Assembly (NCBI RefSeq): GCF_964213995.1 | Contig: NC_135811.1 | Span: 107,384,001 to 107,448,000, forward strand | Direction: 5' to 3' | DNA: 64,000 bases | From: Mustelus asterias | Taxonomy: Eukaryota | Part shown: piece after piece, positions 51,326 through 64,000 of the stretch | Numbering within the stretch: position 1 is the first letter of the stretch | How the letters are laid out: each line of letters starts with the position of its first letter | Notes under the pieces: generated by a model | What the model was told of the DNA's origin: nothing | Seen by the model: the letters and a program-made list of their open reading frames with translations, nothing else | Database searches by the model: none | Position numbers and translations under genes: made by a program

Positions 51326-54300
51326 TAATGTTAGTGACGCTGAACTTTATCTGACTGGGTTTGCAGAGACTGTAAGCGTATAATACGACTAGTCTTCTAG
51401 AGGAATAGAGCAGGACTCTCTCGACAGACCTGTAGGGTCCAAAACCTTTACTGACTACAGTTAAAATCACATGGAACTGTACAGCCCAAGGTAAGTTACG
51501 TCGAACTATAAACCACGACGCGTTGGCTCCTGGCAACAGAGCGCAGAGAAGCGTCCAAAATAAAACAAAAACCTTAAAAATGTTTAATTGACAGTAGTGG
51601 AAAGATTATAGCTTTTACAAATATATTTTTCCATCCCTTAATCAATGCAATGGGCCCAAGTTGTGAAAAGACGTAAGATAAGGTGGGACGGATTAATAGG
51701 CCTCATTCCTCGTGGCCGATTATTTTACTTAAATAGACTTAAATGTTTGTGATGTTCAATTGTATTTACATTGAGTTTCTTTTTCTATATTGCGTGGTTG
51801 AGAATTCGTTTTTTCCGTGTACTTGATGCAATTACAAAAATGTGCTTTGATTTTAGAACTTGATTTGTTAATCTTTACTTTGGAGCAAAGATTAAAATAA
51901 ATATGAATTTGAAAGTTTTAGCTGTGAGCAAGGATGGGGGTAGGAATGCTCAAACATATTTGTAGTGTTAGTTGTTGATCCAGTGTAAAGTTTACTCTTG
52001 TTAATAGTCCAGATACAAAACCTAACTCAACCTGGACGCAGTTTCCTCGTTTCTACCTTAACTGCGTTTTATTTTCAAAATATCAACCGCGTTTTTGTAA
52101 TTTCCTGGAACATCATTCTTCTGGAAAACGGGCAGTTCAGCATTGTCACGTGTGGATTAGTGTAACCTTTTGTAGTATATTCACATATATTGTTTAAAAA
52201 GGAAATCGGCCTTTTGAGGAAGGCCCTGTGCAGTCAAGGACGTCTTTGTATTATTTTTAAAGCACTAACTGGCTTATTAGTGTTCCAAATGCAAACACCC
52301 CCACTAACTGAATGCCGAAAAATTAATCATTATATATCTTTTTAAATAAGTCAAATGGATCGTCATTGTTTTAATGTTTAAAGGAAGGTACATCCAAGAA
52401 CAATGCTTGTATAATATCGTAAAACTTTGCAAAGATTAAATGCAAAGAGGGCGCTACTTAAAAGCAGCCATGTTATGGTGGAATCTAATCTCAGACTGAC
52501 CCATAATGATTTTTTGTGATTAAACTACTGCCCCGCCCCACCTTCTCCACTGCCTCACCTTCGGTGTCTCGCAAACTTGTTTTCAACTTTCCATCAGTAG
52601 GTTTGAGTTAGGCTGGGGTGCCGAACCTCTGAGCTATTTTAGTACTCACTATGTCGTCAAGGTGAGCAAGGGAACAGCAGAAATGTTAATATGCGCTAGA
52701 AGGCCTAAATGTCCAAAATGTCCAGAAACACCCATCGCCAATTGTAAAATATGATGGACTAGTAAAATATTTCCAAACTATTAAGTGCGCCATACTGTTC
52801 GCAACAGTTCTGGACTCATACTCGAGACCCAATCACTACTTCAAAATTATAGCCTTTAACTTTTGCAGTGCTGTCAGTTTTGAATTACAGACTTTTAGCC
52901 TCTATAAATGTCATCATTTTGAAATGTGACTCTTAAGTACGACTAATTGAACGTTGTGCAGACTTTTATACGAAAATGTTTCCTTTGGGGTTTCAAGTTG
53001 AAGTGAGAGACAGGGGAATAGGTGCTATATCAATTTGTTAGGCTAAAGAGATTCTTAACGCAAACAGATATCCTTTGATCCTACAGCAAATAATTATCCG
53101 AAGCAAGTATGGACTAACTTTTTATAATTTAGTTAGATTTTATTTAGATACTGCACTTACTGTATATTACAGTTCTTTAACAAGAGTATCACCCTTACTG
53201 TAATGGACTTCCTGTCATGCTAATCTGACAATTGTCTGCAAATTCTGAGGTTCATTGTAAAGATTACTTGTGCGATCACAAACTAGTCTAAGGAGAAATG
53301 TAGATACACAAGAGGAAAATTATACTTTGACATTTCTCATCAGTAAATGTCAAGTTTCTCACCCGTTGATAATCATTGTTGTGACATAGTCCTCGAATCC
53401 GTCAAGTTTTTAATTCTCGCCGCTTCCGGTCTGCAGTTTGGGGGCGGGGGAGGGAGCTTTTTAAATCAATGTTAGGAGTCAAAGTTTTTTTTCTCTCAGA
53501 AAGTCGAAGTGTTTCTGTCATCTTTTTTTATTGCCTTTCCGCGCTGATAGCTGAGGAAATCCAATGGGTAAACAGGAAAACACATCCCTGATGGAGGAAG
53601 TACATTGTGGTCTTGCATTTCATTTCTCATTTTATTCACAGTGTTCAGTGGAACTGAATGATTTTCTTCAACGTTCTGTTGTAAAAGGGGAGAGAGAAAC
53701 AATTAATGCTATTTTTTCAAATTCCTGAATACATATTTTATTCGTGTGAGTATTACAGCGAAAATGGGTCATGGTTTTGAGTTTGAGATAAGACCGTTCT
53801 TTGCAATATCGCATTGTTTTGCTCAGAAACAAAATAATCTGTCACTTTCAGATCCACTTCCTACACCACCATTCTTTTCAGCCTTGGCGGTGTCCTACAT
53901 TTGGCCCTTCATTTAGATTCCTCAACCTGATTTAAAGACAGGATGCTGAGGAAATACTTTGATATAATAGTTTATAATTAGTGTAAGTAAGAAACTGATA
54001 GAGCATAAATAATTATAGAAAAAGACAAATATATATAGGCTCTTGGTAGACACTGATAAGTTATTAAAAATATTAAACCCGGCCAAGAATGTTACAGTTG
54101 AGTGTAAGAAAGGGGATGCTAAATAGCATCAAATATGTTTGATGACTGGATTTTCCCTGTTCGAGAAATATACTGAATGGGTTCCAATTGCAGCTAACTC
54201 AACTAGGAAGAAAGTCATTATAAATATTTCATAATTAATTCTAAAACACAAATAACATTCCCACTCATTCCCAATCTATTTGAAGTTACCGGGCTTCCCT

Positions 54301-57300
54301 TCCTCTTTGAAAATCGACGTTTATGGTGTGAATCGATAGTGAATTGTAACATTACTAATTTGGTTTCAGGGAAAGTGGTGTTGTTTCTTTCCCCTTCTAA
54401 CACAGATGTATCTGTTCTTGATACTATCAGAAGCGAATTATCTGTTCCACAGAAACGTACAGGATCGATAATCATCCCTATCAGGTTAAATGCACAGTCT
54501 AAAGGTGATGTATTTTCCTTAAGGTGATGTGCATCTGGTGCGCTTATAGTCACTAGATGGATAGGAGGACTGGGTTAAGGTTGTAATTTAGGGGGAAACG
54601 GGAACAAAAGGCAGTCACACAAACGCGCGACGGAGTCATAAAGGTGTCAGATGATTATATCGCCGTATTAAACATCTAGTTGCAGACGCATAGATAAAAG
54701 CATTCATATCTCATACGTTATCATTAACTCTTCCCCGTGGTTTCAACCGCCAGTAACTGGGATCACTTTAGGCCATAAACCGGCACCCTGTTCCAGAACG
54801 TGCGACCTAAGCGAGGCCAGCATACATATCATAGTCTAATTAAATGCAACACGGGCATAAGGTGAGATCTTAAATTACATATAACTATTATTTTCGATAC
54901 ATCTACTTCATTTAATAAATTGTTAAATGAAAGAAAAAACTATAAACCAAAATATAATTGGTATCAGGCAACATAATATTCCCCATACTGTAGAAAAGGC
55001 TTTGTTTTATTATGGTCCACAGGCCTTGCAGATTTTTAATCCATGATTACATTAAACAAGGTTGATGCCTAACATTTGCTATGCATCTGAACGAGACATT
55101 TTGCAATAGAAAACCTTATTCGTTCAGTTTCAAGAAAGTGCTACCAATATCCTGAACTATTTTATCCAGTATTCGTTATACAGCGTTTAAAGAATAAGAC
55201 TACGACTTAATTGAATTGAATTGAATTTGGTTTAATTTAATTTTGCATTGCATTTAAGATTCTAAAATTATTACACAATCTGATGACAAAGATAATATAA
55301 AACCCTTGTTAATGCTTCATCTCTTGAGGGATTGTTCTGATGAGCTGCTTCCCTATATTAAATATACTCCGCTTTTATTAAACAAGTCATGATTACTGCC
55401 AGTGTAACGTCACACGTAACGCAGACAATAGAAAAAACTGACAAAGGTTTCGAAAAAAAATCTTGCTACTAACAACTTAAGATATTTTTCCGCAAGCAAA
55501 ATCGGATTTATAAGCAGAATTTGAAATAAGTACTAACAGAACCAGGGGGGTTATTTTACACATGTAACGTGTCGGATCCGCCACCAGAGCCCGCTTCAGA
55601 CCAAGTTCATAGTCATTATAGTCTCCTTTCTGCCACAACGCTTACCAGCCTTTCCATTGCAGTTAATCTGGTGGAACAGAGTCGGAGGAGTCTGTTTGAT
55701 ATCTCCCCAAAATGTTCTACTTATGCACTATCTGCAGTTTCTAAGTGCTGTAGTCATTTGTCTCTTCAAAACTCACCCTTTCAGTTTGTACATTTTTCTT
55801 GACGAATAGTGATATAAATTCATTCAAACTGTGCCGGTAAGAAAAAGAATATATTTTTGAAGAGTTCAAACCCAACTTTCAAGAAATTCCAGTATCTCAA
55901 TAAAACCTTTCGATTTCTAGCTTATATGTCTTAAGTGAAGCAGCACTAAAGTTAAAATAAAATCGAGCCTCGTGGGGGGAAAACAAAACTGTACAGCAAT
56001 ACTGTCTGAGGATTGCGATGTTGAAACTGTTCATGGGGGCTTGTTAGTACAGCATTATAGCTAAGGGGTCAAAAAGTGGAGGGTCAAAAGTTTACGTCGT
56101 GCGTGACTTGGTGTTGTCTGCTTAGATAGACCCAGTTCGATGTCAATGGTAAAAGGGATGATCTTGGCTATCGGCACAGATGAGAAAATGATACCGAAGA
56201 ATGATGTGGAAGTGGAAGTAGAGTTTAGCAATGAACAACAATCTACAAAGTAGGTAAAATAAGACGAGGGAGACGGAGAGAGACAGAGAAGTGGGAGTGG
56301 GGGTGGGGGTAACAGCTAACTATCCTGATCACGATCTTTGCAAAAACAGGGAGGATTAATTGATCCCTTTTATAGAACACTGCACAATAAATAGAAATCA
56401 CAATATCCATGACGGAAGTAGCTGCGGTATAGGTTATAAGAGACTTTGAAAACACAAATGGACAAGACAAATAATTCCCGCCAGATGTAATCAGCTTTTA
56501 AAATCATTTGAGAGTCAACTTGTATGGATATAAAAACGGTTTATTTATAATGGGTGATATGACGAAAAAGGATGAATAGTAAATGTCTGTTGATTTTTCA
56601 GGACAAGAGGACATAAGATAAGTCAAGTCAAGTATACATTATACAAGTTAATTTGAAAATAGCGCGTAAAATTGGAGCTCATGTACAATCATCAGATTTT
56701 CAAACATATACAATCTTGACATGTATAGGTGTAAATGGAGAAAGAAAGCACAAGGGAGTTTAAAAAGTAGAGACAGAGTTTTTGGAATTAATTGACGAAT
56801 TGCTGGGGTTTAAAGTATCACATAAAGCAAGGTCAGGCACGAAAAGCAGTAACACGAGACTCTAAAATTATTTTGCATATTCTTAAACATTTCATTTCTC
56901 CACGCATTTGCTTTTAGAATTTTCATCCAGTTACCTGCACATAGACCCTTAGAATGAAGTGTTCCCATTCAGAGAGACTGTGGGAATCTTGATTCCATTT
57001 TACAAAAGTGAAGAAAATAATAAGATCGATCTAACTTCTTGCCATAGGAGTCAAACGTATTTTAAATTAAGTAGGTATTAGTCCTTTTTAAATTATTATT
57101 AATGCGTATTTGTTGCTTACTACACCCAATAGAAGTTTTTTTTAAGTGTTGCAAACCATGTTGTCCGATCATTTAAACAAAGTAAGGCATTTAAATCTGT
57201 CTGCAAGGCAATGGCTTTGGGGTCGTTCTGCGCACCGAACACGTTTTAAATCTGTTTACACTATAGTTGCTCTGCAATAAATCTGTTCAAAGTAAATATA

Positions 57301-59056
57301 CAAGCTCTTACATTTGAATTAACATTTTGTGTAGCAAGCTACCAGAAGTATTTCCAAACACACATTTATAGAGAGTGAGGGGAGAATTAGGGGCTACATG
57401 CTCTTCTAGTTACCTTGCATTGTCTTCCATTCACATCGAAACTAGTGCTTTTATATAAGATAATATTGTAAGCGTGAAATCAATGTGTAACCGCATACCT
57501 TTTCTTATTTTTTACAAAGACAGCAGAGATATATTTATTATTTTCAATTACCATAGCTGAAATTAGAACGAATGGAATTTAAGGGTTTTTAAAAATCATG
57601 ACTAGATTATGTTTATGTCTTACATAACTTACTTGTACTTTATATATATATATATATATAAAAGCATTTCCATAGCACCTTTCACGTCCTCAGGTCTCCC
57701 CAATGGGCTTTTACAGCAAATTGAGTACTTTTTGAAATATGGTCACTATGGCAAAGTGGGGATTATATATTTACTTTCCACTCGCTGGTATAAATGGAAT
57801 ACAAAACACTATTTTTGCATATAAAACTGTTTTGCATCGGCTTAAATTCGGCACTAAACAAGCTGTCTATACTCGGAAATGGCGAAAAGATCATATTCAC
57901 CTGAAATCACATGGGCGTTCTTTTGTTTTCTTTCTGTTCATAAGTTCGCATGTATTTGTATGTATTCTCTATAAATGTCTGTTCAGATACTTGTTTATTC
58001 AATACCTTAAATTCGTTATTTTAGGCCACTGTAGTTTCTATAATATACAAGGTTCTTTTTGAGGGGGAGGGGAAGTAATCATCAACACGAACAGTAACAG
58101 CACCATGGGGATGTTTATATCATTTAATGCCAACTATGACTGTGTTATGATGGGCAACAAACATATGACTTAAACAATGCATTTCGCCAAGAACGTCGAG
58201 CTAACAACAATTGATTGAATCGGTGTCATAAACCTGCAATTTGCTCAATCGTAACCGAAACATTCACTCAAAATCAACATTCACCAAACTCCTCGCATGA
58301 AATTGAAATTCCTACTTTGTATACTAAATAACATGCTGGAATTGGAAAATACGTGAACATATTTATAAATGCATGTCTCCGTGTTTAGCACTGTACCGAG
58401 ACAGTTTTACTAATCTGGTAATAGATAGAAAATGCATCAGGAGAAAATGGAGAAGGAAATGAAATATAGTTTGAGCAAGTTTGAATATAAGTTCATCAAC
58501 AAATTTGCTGACATTTGCCTGGAGGGGGTTGTGTCGAGTGAGCGTATTCTCCTTAGTTTTAATTAGAAAATCCTCTGACGTGTTAAAACAATCGTCTTCA
58601 ACAAATTAAATCAATTCGCTGTTACACACATGCACAAAATGTGAAATGTGCTGGGGCTTTTTATTCGCCTGATGCCTTATCTCTTTATGTTATTCTTTGA
58701 CTAATCCAATGTAATAATACATGAAATATGCAACTGTGAAAAGGATAACATTTCATATTCATGCAACTAAGCATGCACAAGAAAACAGATCTATTAATTA
58801 CTTTTGTTATTCAAATTGGAATCTGGGTACGTATCTGCCAATAGAGGACTAGAGCTGTGACTTGTATAATAAATATTTGATGCTAATGGAATCACAGAAC
58901 ATGCAATGCTTGAGAGAATTTCCAGATCTTTACTGCTGTTTTGGGTAAACTCCTGCCTTGCTATTTTTCTCAAACGTAATGACCTGAGCAAAATTCAATA
59001 TGACTGAGAGACCTATCCATACTATAGAACTTGTAGAGGGGGAGAGTCCAAGAGCG

Positions 59057-59073
59057 GGGTGAAACTCAGGTCA
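59057..59073 (+). promoter_or_regulatory. DR5 retinoic acid response element 5' of HoxB4/miR-10a (B4U-like)
   Basis: GGGTGA-aactc-AGGTCA followed by GCGTCTAACAAATAT, matching the PG4 upstream RARE context as recalled. Confidence 0.82.
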
Positions 59074-61143
59074 AAGCGTCTAACAAATATTAAAATGTAC
59101 TCGGACGCACGGCACGCCTTGGTGTTTAACAAAGACTGTCAGTGTATGAGATTAATACGAAAACTGAGGGAGAAAACAAAATGTTCACCAGGCCGGTTCT
59201 CGGCCACTTCTTAAAAAGCTGCTAGGCATTTCGAATGGGGGAAAAAAGAGGGCTGCTGGAAAGCCTTACTCTAACTAGATGTTATCAGTGCAAGAACAGA
59301 CAAAGGAGAACGAATATGTTTGTGTTGAAGTTGGTAATTTCGACCTCTCTGTTCGATTTTTTTGCAAAGCCCAAACCAGCGCGTTCTGTAATGTATAATT
59401 TGAGAATGTAGAGGAAGAAAGACAAAAGGGTTTTTGTGTGTGTGAGAGGGTATGTATGTGATTTAACGCAATCAGAAAAGTATTCTAAGATGCAGGAGTA
59501 ACTTGGTGACATGTTTAGCCTTGAACTAACCTCATTAGATGGAAGAGTTGGGGTCGATGTTGAGAGAGGTGTGCGTTTGAGTGTGCTTAAAACAGAATAT
59601 CACAAAATAACTTTGCAAAAATGATCAGAATATGTAATTTAAATACCAGTAATGCAAAATTAAACGCAATCACTTAATTGCCGCCGTGTTTCTAAATATA
59701 TAAAGAATGTTGATATTTATATTAATACAGAAAGTATACTTAGTATGTTCATAGTATTTGCATGTTCAATTGTTTAAATCACTATCATTGGCTGTCGTGA
59801 GTCCTTTGCTACAGTAAGGTTGAGGCCTGCGTTTCACTTCTCCTATGGCAAGCTACAAACAGGAGGGGAAAAGGCCTCCCCCATCCCGCTGATGTTTGCA
59901 TCCTCTGTTAGGATAGCAATCTGTAGCGAGATTCTTTTGAAATGCAGAGCAGATAGGGACAGTAAATATATTCATCTTCCAAACTTCCGAAATGTCGACA
60001 TTTTTATTACGGCGAGTTAAACAAAGCACTAGGATGATCTTTTATGAAAAGACACCTTTGAAAGAGCTCCACGTTTCCTTTTTAACTGCGATAGTGAAAA
60101 CATGTTTAAAAGACACAGCTGTAAAGGCCAAAGCTATTGGACCAGAGTAACATTACATAAAATTCCTCTTCTGATTTTTGGAAGGTTTGAATGGCAGTGA
60201 TCAACATGATCGTAAAGCTAGTCCTATAAAAAGGGGCTTTTTAAAAAAAAGCCATAAAGTCTTTTTATATACGGGGGAGGACTGAGAGTCCCTGTATCAT
60301 TTTAATGTTTTATTACTATCGGAAATAGGGTTCTTTGAAACAAGTTCGGATGGTGCAAACAACATTGGTCCCTATTCATAAAAGAGTTTTGTGTTAAAAC
60401 TATTTGGTATTTCTTTTTCTCCGTCGTAAATTAATTTAGATTGGTAACATTTGTAATATGTAATTTTATGGGCAATTTATGGCAGCCATTGTATTTAAGA
60501 AAAAAAGGTGTTACCCTGAAGGAAATTACTCGGGTCATTTTAGTTGGTCTTTTAGTACCCACTATTTGGGCCGCGTGCTACATAAAGATAAATCACCCAG
60601 GTACATCACAGTAACACTCATTCTTTTATAGGAATTTATCAGAGCGGAGGGTGCATGATTTTCACAATGTTTGCTGTAAGATTTATGTAACCACTGCGTG
60701 CAGACTCCTCCACTGCTTCTGAATAAATTAAATATAAAGAAAATTTCTTTGTCTCTGTTGCAGCTGGAAACAAACTTTTGGGAAAGTATCACATGTGACT
60801 TATCCTCCTATCTGGCCGCTTTAGATCTGACTGCTGGCTGTGTGCTTGTGCGATAATTCGAAGTTGGCCCTCAAAGTGGATTCTTTGGATTCTTCCAGAA
60901 TACTTTGTTCAAAATTTACTGACATTACTTTCGTTACATTTGCAAAACGGAGCGCCTCATTTTTCATAAAAGATGCATGAATGACAATACAAATTGCTGA
61001 AAGAAATCGGAGAAAGGGGTCCTCACTCAAGTTGTGCAGATACATATAAAACACACACATGTATGTGCACTTGGTTCAATGATGCGTGCACATTTACATG
61101 GATGTTCTTGAACGTCTCTGGGCTACAAAAATGCTGAAAAATA

Positions 61144-61234
61144 TGTCTGTCCTCTATATATACCCTGTAGATCCGAATTTGTGTTGACAAAGTTGTGGTC
61201 ACAAATTCGTATCTAGGGGAGTATGTAGTCGACA
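61144..61234 (+). ncRNA. MIR10A: pre-miR-10a hairpin (mature 61161-61183)
   Basis: Exact TACCCTGTAGATCCGAATTTGTG with star arm CAAATTCGTATCTAGGGGAGTA (61202-61223). Canonical position between PG5 and PG4. Confidence 0.97.
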
Positions 61235-62490
61235 CAAACGCTACAACATTCACCCGGAAGACAGAAGAATATGTTCACGCCTAGAATCTTCTTCGTACAA
61301 ATCGATACTATAGCTAAATAAATAAAAGCGAAACATAGTATTCATCTACCTGATTCTGCGGATCAGACTGCTGCTTGGAATGACGTGCTGCCCTTTTTAT
61401 TCCCTTTTCAGTCTTGTTGCAACAACTCTCAGCACTCTGGTGCTGTATTTGTTACGTCATTTAAATATGGAATGTTACTGTTACCTTTTTCGATAATCCC
61501 GCGCATACCTCCGTTAAAATGGTCAGCTTTACAGGGTTTGTTATGACTTAGAAATTAATCAATTCGAAACCCCCACGCATGTCGTTTGCTGTCCATGAAA
61601 TTGCAGTCTACCATACATTAAAAGTATATGAGCATCTTCAATTATTTAATTTCAGTTAATTGTGGATTTCTTCAGAGTTTATATGTATCATTTTTAATAA
61701 AACGTTGCAGTTATTTGTGTCATGTCTTCTCGAGAATTCTGAAACATTGCGGTTTCACAAATAAAAAGGATGTAGTTGTCCCATTGCAGAGTGCACACTT
61801 TTAATTAAAGTCAACGAAATGCATTCAATGTAGCAATAGGCAAACGTGTATTAATATTCCTTCCACTCTTTGGGACCATGATCTTAATCGAACATGGGCA
61901 ACTTCGTTTAGACTTGCGTGTGGTTGTTACCTCTGAAATATTTTTCTCTTTTTTAATTGTACGTATTCTGGGGATGTTTCGCAGGGAATCGTTTCAACTA
62001 GAGATATTCTGGGTGAAAATCGCCAGACTAATGCATTGCTAAATGCAATTTGTTGACTTAGGTGTCCTGAATTAGTTGATGAATTTTCTATTGATCCAAA
62101 GCAGCCCGATTTATCTTTGCCAGCCAAAACGCCTTCCTCCTCCCCAAGCTCTGCAAAGGCGTTAGCATTGCCATTACAAAAAGATTTACAAGCCATGGAT
62201 AGATTCTAACATATAACGTCCTATTTTATGTTTTTTTTGCAAAGCTAAGTCTTTTTTTTGGAAGTGATATCGACTGGTAAGAAACCAGTGATCATATAAC
62301 AAACCCGTTTGGACGACGTCAATTCTGCAAAGCGGACTTAAAGGAAAAAGGTCCTATCTGCAAACTTGCCAAGTTTTAGGAATAAAAAAGGCACATTAAA
62401 TGCTGTAATCAAAAACTGTTTAGGGGAGAAGCTTGGGAGCATTCAACGTCCAATTCTATTTCCTTATCCGGGAATCGAACGGGACCTACC

Positions 62491-62511
62491 ATTGGCTGCC
62501 GGTGTCACATG
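62491..62511 (+). promoter_or_regulatory. HoxB4 proximal promoter NF-Y/E-box module
   Basis: ATTGG-N10-CACATG about 120 bp before the ATG. Confidence 0.65.
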
Positions 62512-62621
62512 AACGCCTAACTTTGTTCACTTGACAGTAAAGTAGGAGGGTTTAGGTAACAGGAAAAACGGCTGGGTTAGAAAAAATTTTGAGTTATTTT
62601 GCATTTCAGATATTAAAGGTC

Positions 62622-63027
62622 ATGAGTTCGTTTTTGATTAATTCTAACTATGTGGACCCTAAATTTCCACCGTGTGAAGAGTATTCTCAGAACAATTACC
62701 TACCAAGCCATTCTCCGGAATACTTTACCCGGGCACGGGAGCCCGGGTTCCAGCATGAGGCGATGTACCCGCGGTCAGCGTACAGCGAGCAGCCCTACTC
62801 CTCTTGCAGCAACCTCCAGGGCTCGGGCGAGCAAGTCGTGGCGCCTAGGGGTCACGTACAATCGCAGACCGGCCTGCAGAACCACTTAGACAAGCATGGC
62901 CACCAGTGTGTCTCGGTGACTCCAAGCCCACCGCCCTCTTGCAGTCAGAACTTCAGCAACCAAAACACTCCTTGTTCCAAAGAGCCTGTGGTTTATCCGT
63001 GGATGAAGAAATTACATATAAACGTCG
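62622..63027 (+). CDS. HOXB4: Homeobox protein Hox-B4, exon 1
   Basis: ATG at 62622: MSSFLINSNYVDPKFPPCEEYSQ..KEPVVYPWMKKLHINV. Donor TCG|GTGAGT after 63027. Confidence 0.94.
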
Positions 63028-63104
63028 GTGAGTCGTTTGCCTGGGCTTTTTACCACCTGAAAGCCCGGGATCTATTGCACCCACTGTAAATAGCCATTCT
63101 TTAG

Positions 63105-63160
63105 ATTTACGATCGCCTATCTGGAGGTCAGTAATCACATCCTCCATAAATTTTTATTGC
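63105..63160. promoter_or_regulatory. HB-1-type homeodomain-binding element in the HoxB4 intron
   Basis: TTTACGATC..CAGTAATCACATCCTCCATAAATTTTTATTGC, the cluster of TAAT/TTTAT sites typical of PG4 introns. Confidence 0.72.
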
Positions 63161-63358
63161 AGTACAATTACACTTCTGGCCATGTGCCTTTGATGTGTTG
63201 TGTCCAAGCCGCTCAGATCTCTTTGAGCAGCAGTTAATGATAGAAGTGAACTTTTACATTTTTCTTACGCTAATGCTTACTTTAAGTGCACTAATTCTAT
63301 TCCTTGTGAGATTCGTGGTGTTCAGTCAGTTATTTCTGTGTTGTTGCTTTTTGTTCAG

Positions 63359-63678
63359 TGAACCCTAATTACAAAGGAGGGGAACCCAAACGCTCCCGCA
63401 CTGCTTACACGAGGCAGCAAGTTCTAGAGCTGGAGAAGGAGTTCCATTTTAATCGGTACCTAACCCGGAGACGCAGGGTGGAAATAGCCCATTCTCTTTG
63501 CCTGTCAGAACGACAGATTAAAATATGGTTCCAGAACAGGCGAATGAAATGGAAAAAGGACCACAAGTTGCCAAATACCAAAATCAGGTCTACTACAGGC
63601 TCCTCATCCTCTGCAAGTCATCAATCGCAAGGAAGCTCTCAGAACCAGGAGCCAAGTGGACCATCAGCCACATTATAG
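63359..63678 (+). CDS. HOXB4: Hox-B4 exon 2 (homeodomain)
   Basis: Acceptor TTGTTCAG|TG. Encodes [84 protein letters not shown] is B4-type. Spliced protein is 241 aa. Confidence 0.95.
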
Positions 63679-64000
63679 CTGCTCTTGTGGGAGAGAAAGT
63701 GGTAGACGCGCGCATAAGCATAGAATTTTAACTGAAAGACTGTTTATTTATAATGGCAAAGTCTAAGCTGTAAATACTCCGATTTTGCCCACTCCTCTCA
63801 CCCCTCCCCCATAAGTAATATTGTAGATTGCAGTTTTCAGAAGAGATTGGCAAAGATGAATCCTCGTTTCATCTTTAATCACGCCAAAGTCTCCCCATTT
63901 GTCATGTTTACTTGGTGGTACAAAGGATGAACTCTATGCCTACGATTACCTCGACAGCAAACGAACACTTTAATAAATGAGGCTCCGTTTCGTCAACCTG

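Overview
This window is eukaryotic DNA: the central part of a vertebrate HoxB cluster. Seven two-exon homeobox genes lie on the + strand in colinear order: HoxB10, HoxB9, HoxB8, HoxB7, HoxB6, HoxB5 and HoxB4. miR-196 lies between B10 and B9, and miR-10a between B5 and B4. All seven genes splice GT..AG in phase 1 into intact ORFs. An intact HoxB10 argues against a mammal, and a shark-type palindromic repeat suggests a cartilaginous fish; the species cannot be named from the sequence alone. Regulatory features I can see include a fully paired miR-196 site after HoxB8, an 8mer site after HoxB7, a DR5 RARE, two strong CTCF motifs, Cdx/Hox site clusters and a recurring CCAAT + E-box module. I found no wholly new biological system. 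The least expected observations are a decayed U6 snRNA copy upstream of HoxB10, a Penelope-type hairpin with a hammerhead-like remnant in an enlarged HoxB10 intron, in-frame tandem acceptors at five genes, loss of the first ATG of HoxB4, and two orphan promoter + splice-donor units. All comparisons to other species are from memory, not database searches.
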